From assembly GCA_965205865.1 (NCBI GenBank), contig CBDBHR010000030.1:736001-800000 (forward strand): a stretch of 64,000 nucleotides of DNA. The letters run 5' to 3'. Below are positions 1 to 10,491 of this stretch, piece by piece; positions within the stretch are counted from its first letter, which is position 1; the number at the start of each line of letters is the position of its first letter. The position numbers and the translations under genes are program-made. Below the pieces are notes generated by a model. It worked only from the letters and a program-made list of their open reading frames with translations. It was not told the origin of the DNA and did not search any database. This DNA is from a bacterium. GTDB taxonomy: Bacteria > SAR324 > NAC60-12.

Positions 1-26
1 ATTGCCAACAAATTCAACGAAGCAGA

Positions 27-878
27 ATGACGATGTCCCCCTTCATTACAGGGAAAACCAAAGTATATGGAATACTTGGTTTCCCCATATCTCACACTTT
101 CTCACCTCCTCTTCATAACTCGGCTTTCCGCAAGTTCCGAATTGAAGCTGCTTACCTGCCCTTCGAAGTCCAGCCTGAGTCCTTGCAAGCAGCAATCGAG
201 GGAATCCGCAGTTTGCAAATTGCGGGGGTGAACGTGACCATTCCCCACAAAATCAATGTATTGCCATTTCTTGATGATATCACGCCGACCGCGCGCTTGA
301 TAGGCGCAGTCAATACAATCCGCAATGACCGCGGCCGCCTGATTGGTACCAACACCGATGGTCATGGATTCATTCGCTCCCTCTCCCAATTTTACTTTGC
401 GCCTGAAAATCAAACTATTTTGATGCTCGGAGCCGGGGGATCGGCTCGCTCCATTTTGGTGGCATTGGCAGAAAGCAAGGCAAAGCGTATATTTCTTATC
501 AACCGCACTACCGAAAAAGCTCAGCTGCTTGCTGAAGAATTTTCTCCCCATTTTCCGGATACGGAAATACGAGTGGAGACCTTATCGAACCTTTTCCATC
601 ATCCTGTTGATTTGCTGATCAACACCACCAGCCTGGGCATGAAAGACGAGGGAGTTCCAGTGGATCTGGCCCAATTTCAGACTCTTGGTCGCGTCATCGA
701 TATCATTTATTCTCCTCGACAAACGCTCTTGCTAAAACAAGCGGAACAGCTTAAAATCCCTTTCGTCAACGGAATTGGAATGCTTCTCTACCAAGCATGT
801 GAAGCATTTGAATTTTGGACGAATCGAAATGCGCCTGTTGCTTCCATGGAAAAACAACTATTAGCCATCTTGCATTAA
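27..878 (+). CDS. aroE: Shikimate dehydrogenase
   Basis: Motifs SPPLHN, GVNVTIPHK, GAVNT, NTDG, GAGGSAR, NRT, DIIY, GMLLYQ. Confidence 0.95.
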   Translation: MTMSPFITGKTKVYGILGFPISHTFSPPLHNSAFRKFRIEAAYLPFEVQPESLQAAIEGIRSLQIAGVNVTIPHKINVLPFLDDITPTARLIGAVNTIRNDRGRLIGTNTDGHGFIRSLSQFYFAPENQTILMLGAGGSARSILVALAESKAKRIFLINRTTEKAQLLAEEFSPHFPDTEIRVETLSNLFHHPVDLLINTTSLGMKDEGVPVDLAQFQTLGRVIDIIYSPRQTLLLKQAEQLKIPFVNGIGMLLYQACEAFEFWTNRNAPVASMEKQLLAILH

Positions 879-925
879 GGCGTCGCCCTCTTTACGGCTC
901 GACTTCTTCCATCCCGAATCAAATC

Positions 926-2329
926 ATGTCTTCCATCGTTTTTGAAATTGACGTTGCTGTTGAAAACGGATCATCCGGAGATACGGAATCATCTCCCACC
1001 ACCCCGACGGTATGGACTGTATCGCAACTAACGCGGCATATCCGTCTCACTATAGAGAAACAATTCCGATCTCTCTTGTTGGAAGGGGAACTTTCCAATT
1101 TCAAACGATCCGCGCAAGGCCATCTTTATTTTCAGATTAAGGACGACCGGAGTCAAATCCGCGGGATCATGTTTCGACAGGCAGCCAACTCCTTAAGATT
1201 CAAGCCTGCAGATGGACTTGAAGTCATTGTTCAGGGGCGCATCACGGTCTATGAACCAAGGGGAGAATACCAGATCCGGGTCTCTTCTATGGAACCCAAA
1301 GGATTGGGTTCGCTGCAACTTGCTTTTGAACAGTTGAAGGAAAAACTGCAAGAGGAAGGATTATTTGATTCCAGTCACAAACAAAAGATTCCGTTTTTTC
1401 CAAGGCGTATCGCAATTGTGACCTCGGCAACCGGTGCGGTGATCCATGACATGCTCCAAGTGCTCAAGCGCCGTTGTCCGAGTGTGTCAGTGCTGATTTA
1501 TCCGGCTGCCGTTCAGGGTGAGCAGGCGGTTCCTTCCCTGGTCGAAGCAATTGAATATTTCAATTCTCTTCAAGAAACGCAACAAATCGATGTGATGATC
1601 GTCGGTCGCGGCGGCGGATCGATTGAAGATTTATGGGCATTCAATGAGGAGAAAGTGGCGCGCGCCATTTTTCATTCCAAAATCCCCGTTATTTCCGCAG
1701 TCGGTCATGAAACGGATTTCACGATTGCCGATTTTGTCGCCGATGTGAGGGCGCCAACTCCATCGGTTGCCATGGAATTGGCCGTTCCTTCGCTGCAGGA
1801 TCTGCTGCAGATGCTGATGCTTCAGGAACAACGATTGCAGCGGGTGATGCAGCAACAAATTCAACAAAATCTGGATCTTATCCGCGCCAAAACCCGGCAA
1901 TTGCGCATTCCTGATTTTATTGTACACCAACACAAACAGCGTCTGGACGAACTTTCCCTGCGACTTCATCATCACATCACGCGCCCCTTGCAAACGCAGG
2001 AACAAAATCTCCGCCGTTTACACGAGCAGCTTGTTTTATTGAACCCACTCCAAATAATCGAATTACATCAAAACAATCTGGCAAGACTGGAAGAGAGACT
2101 GCACTATCTGCTTGAAAATCAATTACGGCAAACTCGGGAACGGATGAATCAACGCATGTCACTTCTCGACTCATTGAGTCCTATCAAGGTCATGCAACGA
2201 GGATATGGGGCTCTATTTAACAGTGCAAAGCAACCCATCCATTCTGTTGACTCGATTGAAGTTGGAGAAGCGCTTTCCGTCCATTTACAAGATGGCACTC
2301 TGAACACTGTTGTTCAAAATAAAACGTAA
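926..2329 (+). CDS. xseA: Exodeoxyribonuclease VII large subunit
   Basis: GELSNF..GHLYF, TSATGAVIHD, GRGGGSIEDLWAFN, SAVGHETDFTIADFVAD, SP..RGY. ATG at 926 preferred over 815. No xseB follows. Confidence 0.95.
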   Translation: MSSIVFEIDVAVENGSSGDTESSPTTPTVWTVSQLTRHIRLTIEKQFRSLLLEGELSNFKRSAQGHLYFQIKDDRSQIRGIMFRQAANSLRFKPADGLEVIVQGRITVYEPRGEYQIRVSSMEPKGLGSLQLAFEQLKEKLQEEGLFDSSHKQKIPFFPRRIAIVTSATGAVIHDMLQVLKRRCPSVSVLIYPAAVQGEQAVPSLVEAIEYFNSLQETQQIDVMIVGRGGGSIEDLWAFNEEKVARAIFHSKIPVISAVGHETDFTIADFVADVRAPTPSVAMELAVPSLQDLLQMLMLQEQRLQRVMQQQIQQNLDLIRAKTRQLRIPDFIVHQHKQRLDELSLRLHHHITRPLQTQEQNLRRLHEQLVLLNPLQIIELHQNNLARLEERLHYLLENQLRQTRERMNQRMSLLDSLSPIKVMQRGYGALFNSAKQPIHSVDSIEVGEALSVHLQDGTLNTVVQNKT

Positions 2330-2582
2330 TTATTCAGACGTAGGGACTGCTCTTGAAGAGACCTTAAAAAAACATGAATAAGGAACATATTTGATTCAGC
2401 GATTCACTCCTGGTGAGAAAGCCTATACGCGAAAATTCAAAACATGCTTGAAAAGATTGCATGAACAATCCTTAATAATTGGGAAGTGCGCCACTGTTAA
2501 AGAATCTTTTTTGCCTTTTCCTAATTTCGATGCTCTATAGAACCAATCAAGAGAAATTTAACAATAAAAAACAAAGGAAAAC

Positions 2583-2777
2583 ATGAACGCCATCATTACG
2601 GAAATCTCTCCCCAGCTCCAACTGAGTATGCAAAAACTGGTTGATGAAGGATAGTTCAAGAATATCAATGAACTAATGGAAGAAACGATACGGCGTTACT
2701 TAGAGTTTCACTCAATGGATTTGATGGAGCAATTCATCCAAGAAGATATTGCTTGGGGACTCCATGGCAAGGACTAA
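2583..2777 (+). pseudogene. RHH/CopG-like antitoxin remnant
   Basis: Reads MNAIITEISPQLQLSMQKLVDEG*FKNINELMEETIRRYLE..WGLHGKD with an in-frame TAG at 2652; overlaps a PIN-like ORF. Confidence 0.5.
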
Positions 2778-3000
2778 ATCTCAATCATCCGTTGTCTGTG
2801 ATGTAGATCCCCTAATTCATCTAGATGAACTAAATCAGCTAGACCTACTTGAAGATTTTTCTAAAGTATTTATTACCAATACGGTATGGAATGAAGTACA
2901 AAAGTATTGATCTATCGACTTTTCTGAAGCCCTGTTTGAAGTAATTGCAGATCCTCCAATTGATGCTCAATTAACCACAATATCACGGGCATTTTTGTCT
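2764..3000 (+). pseudogene. PIN-domain (DUF3368-like) toxin remnant
   Basis: VVCDVDPLIHLDELNQLDLL..VFITNTVWNEV then an in-frame TGA at 2908; truncated. Confidence 0.55.
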
Positions 3001-3063
3001 ACATCCCTGAGAAATCTCGACAATAGCAATAGCTCGTAAGCAGCAAAATCTACGGCGGCCCCT

Positions 3064-4038
3064 TTACTTGTATTGGATTCGTGGATCCAGGTAGAAGTAG
3101 AGGAGGTCGATGAACAGGTTGGTCGTCATGACCACGGAGGCAAAGAAGAGGTTGATCCCGGAGATCAGCGGGTAGTCCCGGTCGGAAAGCGCATCGATCA
3201 TCAGACGTCCCAGGCCCGGGATGGCAAACATCTGCTCCATGATCACCGAGCCGCCGACGAGGATCGGCAGTTGCAGACCGACGAGCGTCACCACCGGGAT
3301 CAGCGCGTTCTTGATGGCGTGCCGGAAGATGACCAGGCGCTCTCTGAGTCCCTTGGCCCAGGCTGTACGGATGTAATCCTGCCGGAGCACCTCCAGCATC
3401 ATCGTGCGGGTCATGCGCATCGTGCCCGCTGCCAGATAGGTCCCCAGGATCAAACCCGGAGCGATGAACATACTAAGGTGGGTGAGGGGGTCGTCGCCAA
3501 TGCGTCTGAGCCGCAGCGGCGGAGACCAGCCCCACCAGATCCCCGGAAAGATGAGGATGATCAAGGCCAGCCAGAAGTTGGGCGTGGCCAGTCCGAAGAT
3601 GGCGAAGGAGCGGCCCACGTAGTCGCCCAGGGTGTTCTGCTTGATTGCAGAGTAAATCCCGATGGGCACTCCGATCAGCAGACCGATGAGGATCGACACC
3701 AGACCCAGCTCGATGGTGACCAGTAACCGGCGAGTGATCAGCTGGCCGACCGGTTCTGGCCGCAGCAGTGGTTTGCCGAGGTCGCCGTGCAGCAGGATGC
3801 CGCCCATCCAGCGTGTGTACTGCACGTACGCCGGCACGTCCAGCCCCAACCTGCGCTCGAGCTCCGCCCGGAGTTGGGCGTCGTTTTCAGCTGTACTACC
3901 CGACGATTCAACCATTCTGAACATGAGGAGGTCGATGACGTTGCCGGGGATGAAGCGCACCGAGAAAAAGACCAGGATGGTGACCAGGAAAAAGGTGGGA
4001 ATCATCAGCAGGACCCTCCGGATGATGTACGTTCTCAT
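3064..4038 (-). CDS. Peptide/nickel-type ABC permease (DppB/OppB-like), cassette 1
   Basis: MRTYIIRR N-terminus, GLD.P..QY, EAA loop QDYIRTAWAKGL, HAIKNALIP, DPRI end. Confidence 0.93.
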   Translation of the reverse strand: MRTYIIRRVLLMIPTFFLVTILVFFSVRFIPGNVIDLLMFRMVESSGSTAENDAQLRAELERRLGLDVPAYVQYTRWMGGILLHGDLGKPLLRPEPVGQLITRRLLVTIELGLVSILIGLLIGVPIGIYSAIKQNTLGDYVGRSFAIFGLATPNFWLALIILIFPGIWWGWSPPLRLRRIGDDPLTHLSMFIAPGLILGTYLAAGTMRMTRTMMLEVLRQDYIRTAWAKGLRERLVIFRHAIKNALIPVVTLVGLQLPILVGGSVIMEQMFAIPGLGRLMIDALSDRDYPLISGINLFFASVVMTTNLFIDLLYFYLDPRIQYK

Positions 4039-4165
4039 GGCCTCTATCGCATGGTTTCTGACGGAGCTGCGCCGGAGTGCAGCTCCGTTATTGCAATGAT
4101 AACTGATTGGGCTCCAACCGCATCCATCGAACTGACAGAATCCAGCTCAGAACCCAATCCTTGCT

Positions 4166-5974
4166 TCACTCCTTGTCGATCCAGAGGTACTGGAAGATGG
4201 TGCTGCGCTGATGCCCACCGAGTTCGTTTTCCCCGTTGTAGCCCTTGATCCACGGCTGGGTGGCACCAAACAGGGGAGAGATGGGCCCCCTGATGGTCCA
4301 CTGCTGCTCGATGACGCGCATGTCGGCCTTCCGCATCCACTCCTTCTGCTCCTCTATGGTAGTAGCGGCCGCTGCGTTCTCGTAGTTCTCGTCAAACACG
4401 GGGTCGCTGTTGTTCTGGGGATGCCAGCCGTTTAGCGACCAGTACGTCGCGAGGGAGCCCATGACACTGGGATGCGCCATGCCCCATACATCCGAGCGCA
4501 TACCGAGCATTGTGTGCTTCTGGGCCTTCTGAACCATGTCCGCAAGTTGTACGATCTGGATCTCGACGTCGATGCCAATCTGCCTGAGGTAATCCATGGC
4601 GATCTGGTAGTAGCCAAGGTCAAAGTACTCAAAGTGCTCATAGATGGTTTTGAAGCGAACGCCGTCCGCACCGCGCGGATAGCCGGCCTCGTCCAGCAGG
4701 TTTTCCGCCGCCTCGGGGTCATACCGATAGTACTGCTTGACCTCGTCGGGCCACTCCTCGGAGGGCATGAAATACCCGAGCACCGCTTTGCCAACACCGC
4801 CGACCAGGCTCGCATCGCCCCAACCCTGCATGTAGTTCTTGGCGATGGCCTCGAAGTCGATGGCCATGCTGATGGCCCGGCGCACCCGGATGTCGTCGAA
4901 GGGCGGTTTCTGTTTGTTCCAATTGATCGCCGTCTCCGCACGATAGGCAAACGGCCAGAGCACCAGGTCGGGATTGGTTTTCTGTAGATTCACCGCCTGG
5001 TCGACATTGGTGAGGTGCGAGTTCATCCCAAACCCAATCCAATCCGCCTGACCCGAGCGCATCAAGGACAGTATCGCCGCCGGGTCGTTGACGATAACGT
5101 ACTCGACCTGGTCTGCGTAGGGCAACCGGTTGTCGGGAAATTTCGGATCGTTGCCCCAGTAGTTATCGTTCTTGGTAAAGGTCCACGAGCTTCCCTCCAC
5201 CACGTCGGTCAGCTGATAGGGCCCCGTTCCGGTGACGTTGCGCCAGTCTTGAATGTCCCCGAATTGCTCGACTACCTCGCGGGCGACCACGTACGATAGC
5301 TGCTCGACGAGTATACTCTTCAGGGCGATGAGACTGGGCTCGCTCAACTTGAATTCCACGGTGAAATCGTCGGTAGCGGTAACCGACTCCCACTTGAGTT
5401 TCCCCACGTCAAATTGCGCTATAATCGGGCTCGGCTCACCACCGCTGAGTCCCAGGACCCGGTGAAAGGTGTACTCGACATCATGCGCAGTCAGGGGCCG
5501 GCCGTTCACCGGCGCCTTGTCGTGCCAGAAGACGCCGTCGCGGATCTTGAACACGTAGGTGAGCGGATCCGGGGTCTGCCAGCTCTCAGCTAACTGCCCG
5601 GTTAGGGCCTCCTCGGGCAGGTATAGCGTGTCAAAGCCGACGACGCTCCGGTCGGCTGCCCAGTCCGCGATGCCCAACTTCTCGTTGACCAGCCCGATCC
5701 ACCATCCCGCAGTACCCGAGAAATAAGGGTCGCTTCCCAGCGTCTTCCAATTCAGGATCGGTGTGATCGTGCCGCCATATTTGGGCACGGTCACCATCTT
5801 CCCGGTGGATGGGTCTTTGACCATCTTCTGCGCGGCCACCACAGCCGGAAAAACCCCGAGGGTGGCCACCATCAGGGTCAGGGTTAACAACACTGCTTGT
5901 ATTTTTGCAGCAGACCAGGAGCCTGCTGGGATGAGCCCCAATACGGGGGCGACAAGTTTCTTTATACTACTCAT
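4166..5974 (-). CDS. ABC substrate-binding protein family 5, cassette 1
   Basis: LAESW..PDP, GTGPY, KNDNYW, PPFDDIRVRRA, LLDEAGYP. Start 5974 has an RBS; the frame stays open upstream to 6103. Confidence 0.92.
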   Translation of the reverse strand: MSSIKKLVAPVLGLIPAGSWSAAKIQAVLLTLTLMVATLGVFPAVVAAQKMVKDPSTGKMVTVPKYGGTITPILNWKTLGSDPYFSGTAGWWIGLVNEKLGIADWAADRSVVGFDTLYLPEEALTGQLAESWQTPDPLTYVFKIRDGVFWHDKAPVNGRPLTAHDVEYTFHRVLGLSGGEPSPIIAQFDVGKLKWESVTATDDFTVEFKLSEPSLIALKSILVEQLSYVVAREVVEQFGDIQDWRNVTGTGPYQLTDVVEGSSWTFTKNDNYWGNDPKFPDNRLPYADQVEYVIVNDPAAILSLMRSGQADWIGFGMNSHLTNVDQAVNLQKTNPDLVLWPFAYRAETAINWNKQKPPFDDIRVRRAISMAIDFEAIAKNYMQGWGDASLVGGVGKAVLGYFMPSEEWPDEVKQYYRYDPEAAENLLDEAGYPRGADGVRFKTIYEHFEYFDLGYYQIAMDYLRQIGIDVEIQIVQLADMVQKAQKHTMLGMRSDVWGMAHPSVMGSLATYWSLNGWHPQNNSDPVFDENYENAAAATTIEEQKEWMRKADMRVIEQQWTIRGPISPLFGATQPWIKGYNGENELGGHQRSTIFQYLWIDKE

Positions 5975-6189
5975 AAAAACCTCTTTTAATTGAGGGTGTT
6001 GAGAACGATTCACCCGCCAGGGGGCGAATCGGATTTTCGCGGCAGACACGACGTCTGCCACGCTAAGCCCCATGACGGGGGCGACAAATTTCTTAAAATA
6101 CATAGGGTTCTCCTGATAAAAAGTTGAAGGAATAACAATTTATTTTCGGCTGACTTGATTTCAGCATAGGCTTCTCCTTATAAAAAAAT

Positions 6190-6650
6190 GTAACTATTCA
6201 GGTCTCTGAAAAACCCTTTTAGTTAAATATCATTAAAAAAGATTCCCGGGGAGGATCGATCGTTTTCAATTCCTCTCACGATATTGTTCAATCGATCGGG
6301 AACCCTCTCATTCACTAAAATAACTCAGTGAAGGCACGATACTAGCACAACAACAACAACGCAATGTCAACCCCCTGAGGTAAAATAAATGTGGGATTCG
6401 CAAAAAAAAATAAAAATCAATAAATCTGCTCAAATCCGGGGACAGTCAGAAGCCGTTTAGTTCAATAACTTTGAAAAAAGATTCCCGGGAAGGATCCATC
6501 GCTTTCACGTTCTTTCACGATATTGTTCAATCGATCGAGCGGGAACCCCTCTCCTTCCCTAAAACTACAAGGCATGATTTTAGCACTACTGCACAGCCTC
6601 AAGCCCCAAATGAAAAAATGCGGAATTCGCAAAAAAATCAAAAAATCAAG
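6190..6650 (-). promoter_or_regulatory. Tandem ~240-bp leader module (copy A) upstream of SBP
   Basis: Two units (about 6215-6445 and 6448-6650) homologous to 41190-41490, 47675-48120 and 54160-54583. Confidence 0.7.
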
Positions 6651-6964
6651 AAGGGGGGTGATTGATTTATTTGAAAATTGTGTAAGGCAAGGGCTCATGA
6701 GCTTCCTTTGAGCAGCGAAAGAGCAGGAACGGAGAGCAATGCTCGTGGGGTAACGGGTTGAGATCATTTTGCCAGTGTATTTCAACCCCATTTCCTCTCA
6801 AGGGAATTCGTTGAACATTGGTAAAATCGTTTGGAGCAGGTATTCCAGCAGATTGGTGGCATCAATGTGTTTCATCGTTTCTCTAAGATATGAAGATTCC
6901 ATAACATATTGAATTTATTAAATTCTTATCTCGAACTCAGGTTAGCTTAAGAAAAGAAAATCGA

Positions 6965-7263
6965 ATCGGGTAGGTAGTGGTTTTTCTCCGCTATTTCAAC
7001 ACACCACACTGCATGTGGACCCGCACAGGGCGGTTCTTTGTATTGAAGCGGACTTTGATCCATAATTGTTTGACCAACAATAATCTTTGCTCGTCAAACC
7101 ATTTGTTCGTCATTCCATGTTGGGTGGCTAAGGTTCTCGAAAGGAACCAGTAACTTTTGCTACTGAGACCGGACAAGATTGCTTGCCTCTTGTTGGCTCC
7201 CAGCTCAAGGAGATTTCGGATTCTATTTTTCGGACGTTTCCATTGTTTCCAATCATAGTTCAA
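6965..7263 (-). mobile_element. Group IIC-like intron 3' remnant (maturase C-terminus, degenerate DV-DVI)
   Basis: WKQWKRPKNRIRNLLELG..SSKSYW maturase tail, then GAACCGCCCTGTGCGG.. and the end CTACCTACCCGAT. Confidence 0.8.
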
Positions 7264-7381
7264 TGTCAGGCAATACCCGCTGAGCTAAACGTTGCGCTTC
7301 AAGGTTTTTCCATTCATGAGCAATGGCAGGATCTAATTTGCTCCAACGGAGCATATAAGGTAAAGAGGTCAAGTCTTGACT

Positions 7382-8295
7382 TTAACCCATTTTGAAAGGG
7401 TTGATCAGTCGGGCCAGGGGGCCTCTTTGTTTGATTGTCGCCCCATAGCGGCCTCCTCCACCCCGCAGCCGGGGGTCGAGCAGGTCCCGCATGGCATCGC
7501 CAAACATGTTGAGACTATAGACGACGATTGTCAGGCAAAGTCCCGGCCAGAGCGCCATCCGGGGTGCCATCTCCATGAACTCCCGCCCTTCCCGGCTGAG
7601 CATCCCTCCCCAGCTCGGCACTTTGAGGGGCAGCCCGAATCCGAGGAAGCTCAACGACGCCTCACTGATAATCACCGCCCCGATGTTGATGGAAAAGATG
7701 ATGATGACCGGAGGGACAATATTGGGCAGGACATGGCGCATCAGGATTCTCCCTTTCGAGCAGCCAATCGCCAAGGCGGCCTCAAAATAGACATTCTCTT
7801 TGATGCCAATCACGGCGCCCCGGACCACTCGGGAGCTGCCGATGCCGCCGGCGATCCCCAGGACCACGATGATCTGAGGGAGACCCCGTCCGGCGATGGA
7901 CATGATGGTCAACAACAAAAGCAGCCCCGGGAAGGCCATCCAGGCATCGACAAAGCGCTGCACCGCCAGATCCACTTTTCCTCCCAGGAATCCGGAAATG
8001 CTGCCGATCAGGATGGCGAGGAGCACATTGAGCGCGGTTGCGGCCAGACCGACCGTTAAGGAAATTTGAGCCCCGTAGAGCAGGCGGCTGAGGAGGTCTC
8101 GTCCCAACTGGTCGGTCCCCAGGAGATACTTGTCGGATGGCTCCTGCATCCGGTCAAAGATGCTGACTTTATCATAGGGAAGCGGCGCCAGCACATCGGC
8201 AAAGACCGCCAAAAAAATAAAGATCAAGACAATGATCCCGCCGAACGTCCCCAGCGGTTTCTCTTTAATAACCGCCTGATGATATAGATTCTCAT
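7382..8295 (-). pseudogene. DppC-like permease fused out of frame to the first codons of a dppB gene (cassette 2)
   Basis: MRIYIIRRLL start is joined out of frame to EKPLGTFGG..LLGTDQLGRD..EASLSFLG..GDAMRDLLDPR. Confidence 0.8.
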
Positions 8296-8304
8296 GGGAT
8301 ATAC

Positions 8305-8400
8305 CTCTTTCCCCCCTTTCGCAAAAGGGGGGCCAGGGGGGATTTCATTGTACATGGCCTGTAAAATCCCCCTAAATCCCCCTTTTTCAAAGGGGGACTT
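8305..8400. repeat. REP-like palindrome pair (CCCCCTTT..AAAGGGGG type)
   Basis: Inverted units cccccctttcgcaaaagggggg and ccccctttttcaaaggggg. Confidence 0.7.
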
Positions 8401-8411
8401 GTCTATAAACA

Positions 8412-8717
8412 CTAATGCCCCATTTCTTTCTTCATCGCACTATCTATCCAGAGGCGGGCGAAGACATGGAGATCCGCATAATCTACAAGCTTGCTTTCAC
8501 CGTTAAAACCTGTGAGCCACGGCTGGACCGCCACAAAACTTTGGGCCATCGGAGTCCAGATCTGCCAGAACTCCTCTATTGCCCACATATTCAACTCATT
8601 AGACAGCCTGTTCATCTCCTCGATGGTAGTAGCTTCTGTGGCAGCTTTCCACTTGGCGTCATACTCAGGCAGCGAGACGTTGGAGGAGTTCCATAACGCT
8701 TTCGTTGTATAGATCAT
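8412..8717 (-). pseudogene. C-terminal fragment of family-5 SBP (cassette 2)
   Basis: QPWLTGFNGE..ARLWIDSAMKKEMGH matches the C-termini of the intact SBPs; the 5' part is missing. Confidence 0.85.
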
Positions 8718-8780
8718 AGGGGGACTTTGGGTCGGACCGGATTATTTTATAGGTTTGACCGTTCGCAGCAGTCATATTTT

Positions 8781-8960
8781 AGTCCCGGAGGGACGAAAGG
8801 AAATAGCCCAGCCATTTATGACTGGGGATAGATTTTGATGGTGGATCCAGTCCTGGAGGGACGACACTGAAAGCGCACTGAAGAAAAAGTGTCGTCCCTC
8901 TGGGACTAAAAAGGTTTTGTGGCATGACCCAGCCATAAATGGCTGGGCTATGCTCTGTCA
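8781..8960. repeat. IS200/IS605-associated-type palindromic element
   Basis: agtcccggagggacga / tcgtccctctgggact and tagcccagccatttatg / cataaatggctgggcta inverted units. Confidence 0.65.
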
Positions 8961-9112
8961 CCCTTCCAGGGTTTTCTCACCTTCACCTGTGTGAGATCGA
9001 GTTGATCAAATTGCACTTTTTCCTTTGATGAAAATGATGTCTGGTCTTATTACTCAGAAACGACGGGTAGCGTCATATTTTGTTGGTATTCCTGAAAAAC
9101 GTTGTCCCTGTG

Positions 9113-9928
9113 ATAGGAGTCAGGAAGGCATTAGCCTCCCTGCCCTCCGAACCGTGCGTGCGGTTCTCCCGCACACGGCTCTCCAGTCGTTGGTTTCCTC
9201 ATCGGGATTGGCTCGCTACCCATCGGGCTTCTTTCATGGTGAAAAGTCCGAGTTGCGCAAAGAAGAGATCTCCTTTGACTCCGTTACCCAGAGCCGCCAA
9301 CATACGTTCGATCCATATCGTTGTTTCCACCCAACTCCAATGAGGAGAGGCTTCTGTTTCCAGGTTAGTCATCTCCGACACTTTGGAAACTCCTTTCTCT
9401 TGAGGATCAACTTGATGAACTTCTCGTATCCAACTTCCTACCCCGCTTCCCTCTTCGGGATTTTGCTTCTCCCGCCTTTCATGAAGCCTGCCTGTCAATT
9501 CAGGTTCGTGTTTGTTTTCCCTGTTAGCCATCTGCTTTCCCGATGGTGTCACAATATCCTCACCTTGTTGAAAGACACAACTCCATTACGGTACTATCAG
9601 GGTTCTGACTCCTCTACCTCTCACCAAAGGCAGAGGTCTCCCTGCTTCTCTCGCTTAACCTTCCTGATGTTCCGTCCCCAACCACGTTATGCGCCTGACC
9701 CTCGTTTTATCCACCACCGCAACGGGATCAGTGAGTTTCAGACTTCGCCACGAATGAGCAAGCTCGTCGCTAACATGCCGCCGAATCGGGTTCGTTCTCC
9801 TACGGACCACCATTTCGCCTCCGGTTGCTCCCCACCCCGCCTCATGGCGACGCAGTTACCTTCGGCTACAGCTGGTTTACCATGGCACGGACTTCCACCG
9901 CGCTGATTAAGCGCCTTCCCAGGCGCAC
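9113..9928 (-). mobile_element. Group II intron, 816 nt, RT ORF internally deleted
   Basis: 5' GTGCGCCTGGGAAGGCGC; DV GAGCCGTGTGCGGGAGAACCGCACGCACGGTTC; 3' CCTAT; fused RT N- and C-terminal scraps. Confidence 0.92.
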
Positions 9929-10016
9929 TCATCCTCGCGAAAGCGGGGATCCAGAGGGCTGGAGCTTAAAACCCTGGAACGCCAGCCCGGTGGATTCCCG
10001 CATGCTCGGGAATGAC
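9929..10016. repeat. GTCAT..ATGAC REP-like element (split by the intron)
   Basis: tcatcctcgcgaaagcggggatccag..ggattcccgcatgctcgggaatgac; same family at 29768-29843, 37411-37490 and 45628-45700. Confidence 0.8.
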
Positions 10017-10279
10017 AATTTAGACAAGTTTCAAAAAACACGTTGAGCCTAGTGTTTTTCAGCTTTGGTCAGCATTACCCGTCGTTTCTGATTTATTAAG
10101 CTGTCAAGAGCGACTTGAGGTTTGAAATAAAACCTTCAGCCAAAGGCGATTTCATTGAGAACTATCAAAAAAGGAAACGAAAGACAAGCAGAAATTCTTT
10201 AACCCTCTTTCTCCCTGCAGATTCAGCGGACAATCCTCTCTTTTTGAGATCCTTGAAAAACTCTCTCCAGTTGGAAGCG

Positions 10280-10486
10280 GATTCCTTGTCTCCACCAAGC
10301 GCAGTAGGGAAAACAATTCATCAGGACTCTGAAGTTGATTGAACAATTCTTTGAACTCCGCTACACTCACTTCTAATTGCATGGGTCTTTCTCCTTATTG
10401 ATGGTTAATGTATGGCTACGCCAACCTACTGGGAAAGCCCCATGTCTTCAAGTCTTTCAAAAATTCACACAATTTATTTTACACCA
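10280..10486 (-). mobile_element. IS256-family left-end remnant
   Basis: End GGTGTAAAATAAATTGTGT followed by RBS and MQLEVSVAEFKELFNQLQSPDELF, which breaks off. Confidence 0.6.
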
Positions 10487-10491
10487 CTGAA

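Noticed and set aside
3073-3726. Long antisense ORFs over ABC and R-M genes (also 7376-8059, 37508-38467, 44610-45596, 59944-61080)
   Set aside because: Expected reverse-frame artefacts of GC-rich coding sequence.
6655-6945. Possible IS remnant ends (TTACACAATTTT; ATCTCGAACTCAGG)
   Set aside because: Too degenerate to assign to a family.
9025-9906. 293-aa plus-strand ORF (also 52916-53716 and 62972-63613)
   Set aside because: Shadow ORFs antisense to group II intron RNA or MITE sequence.
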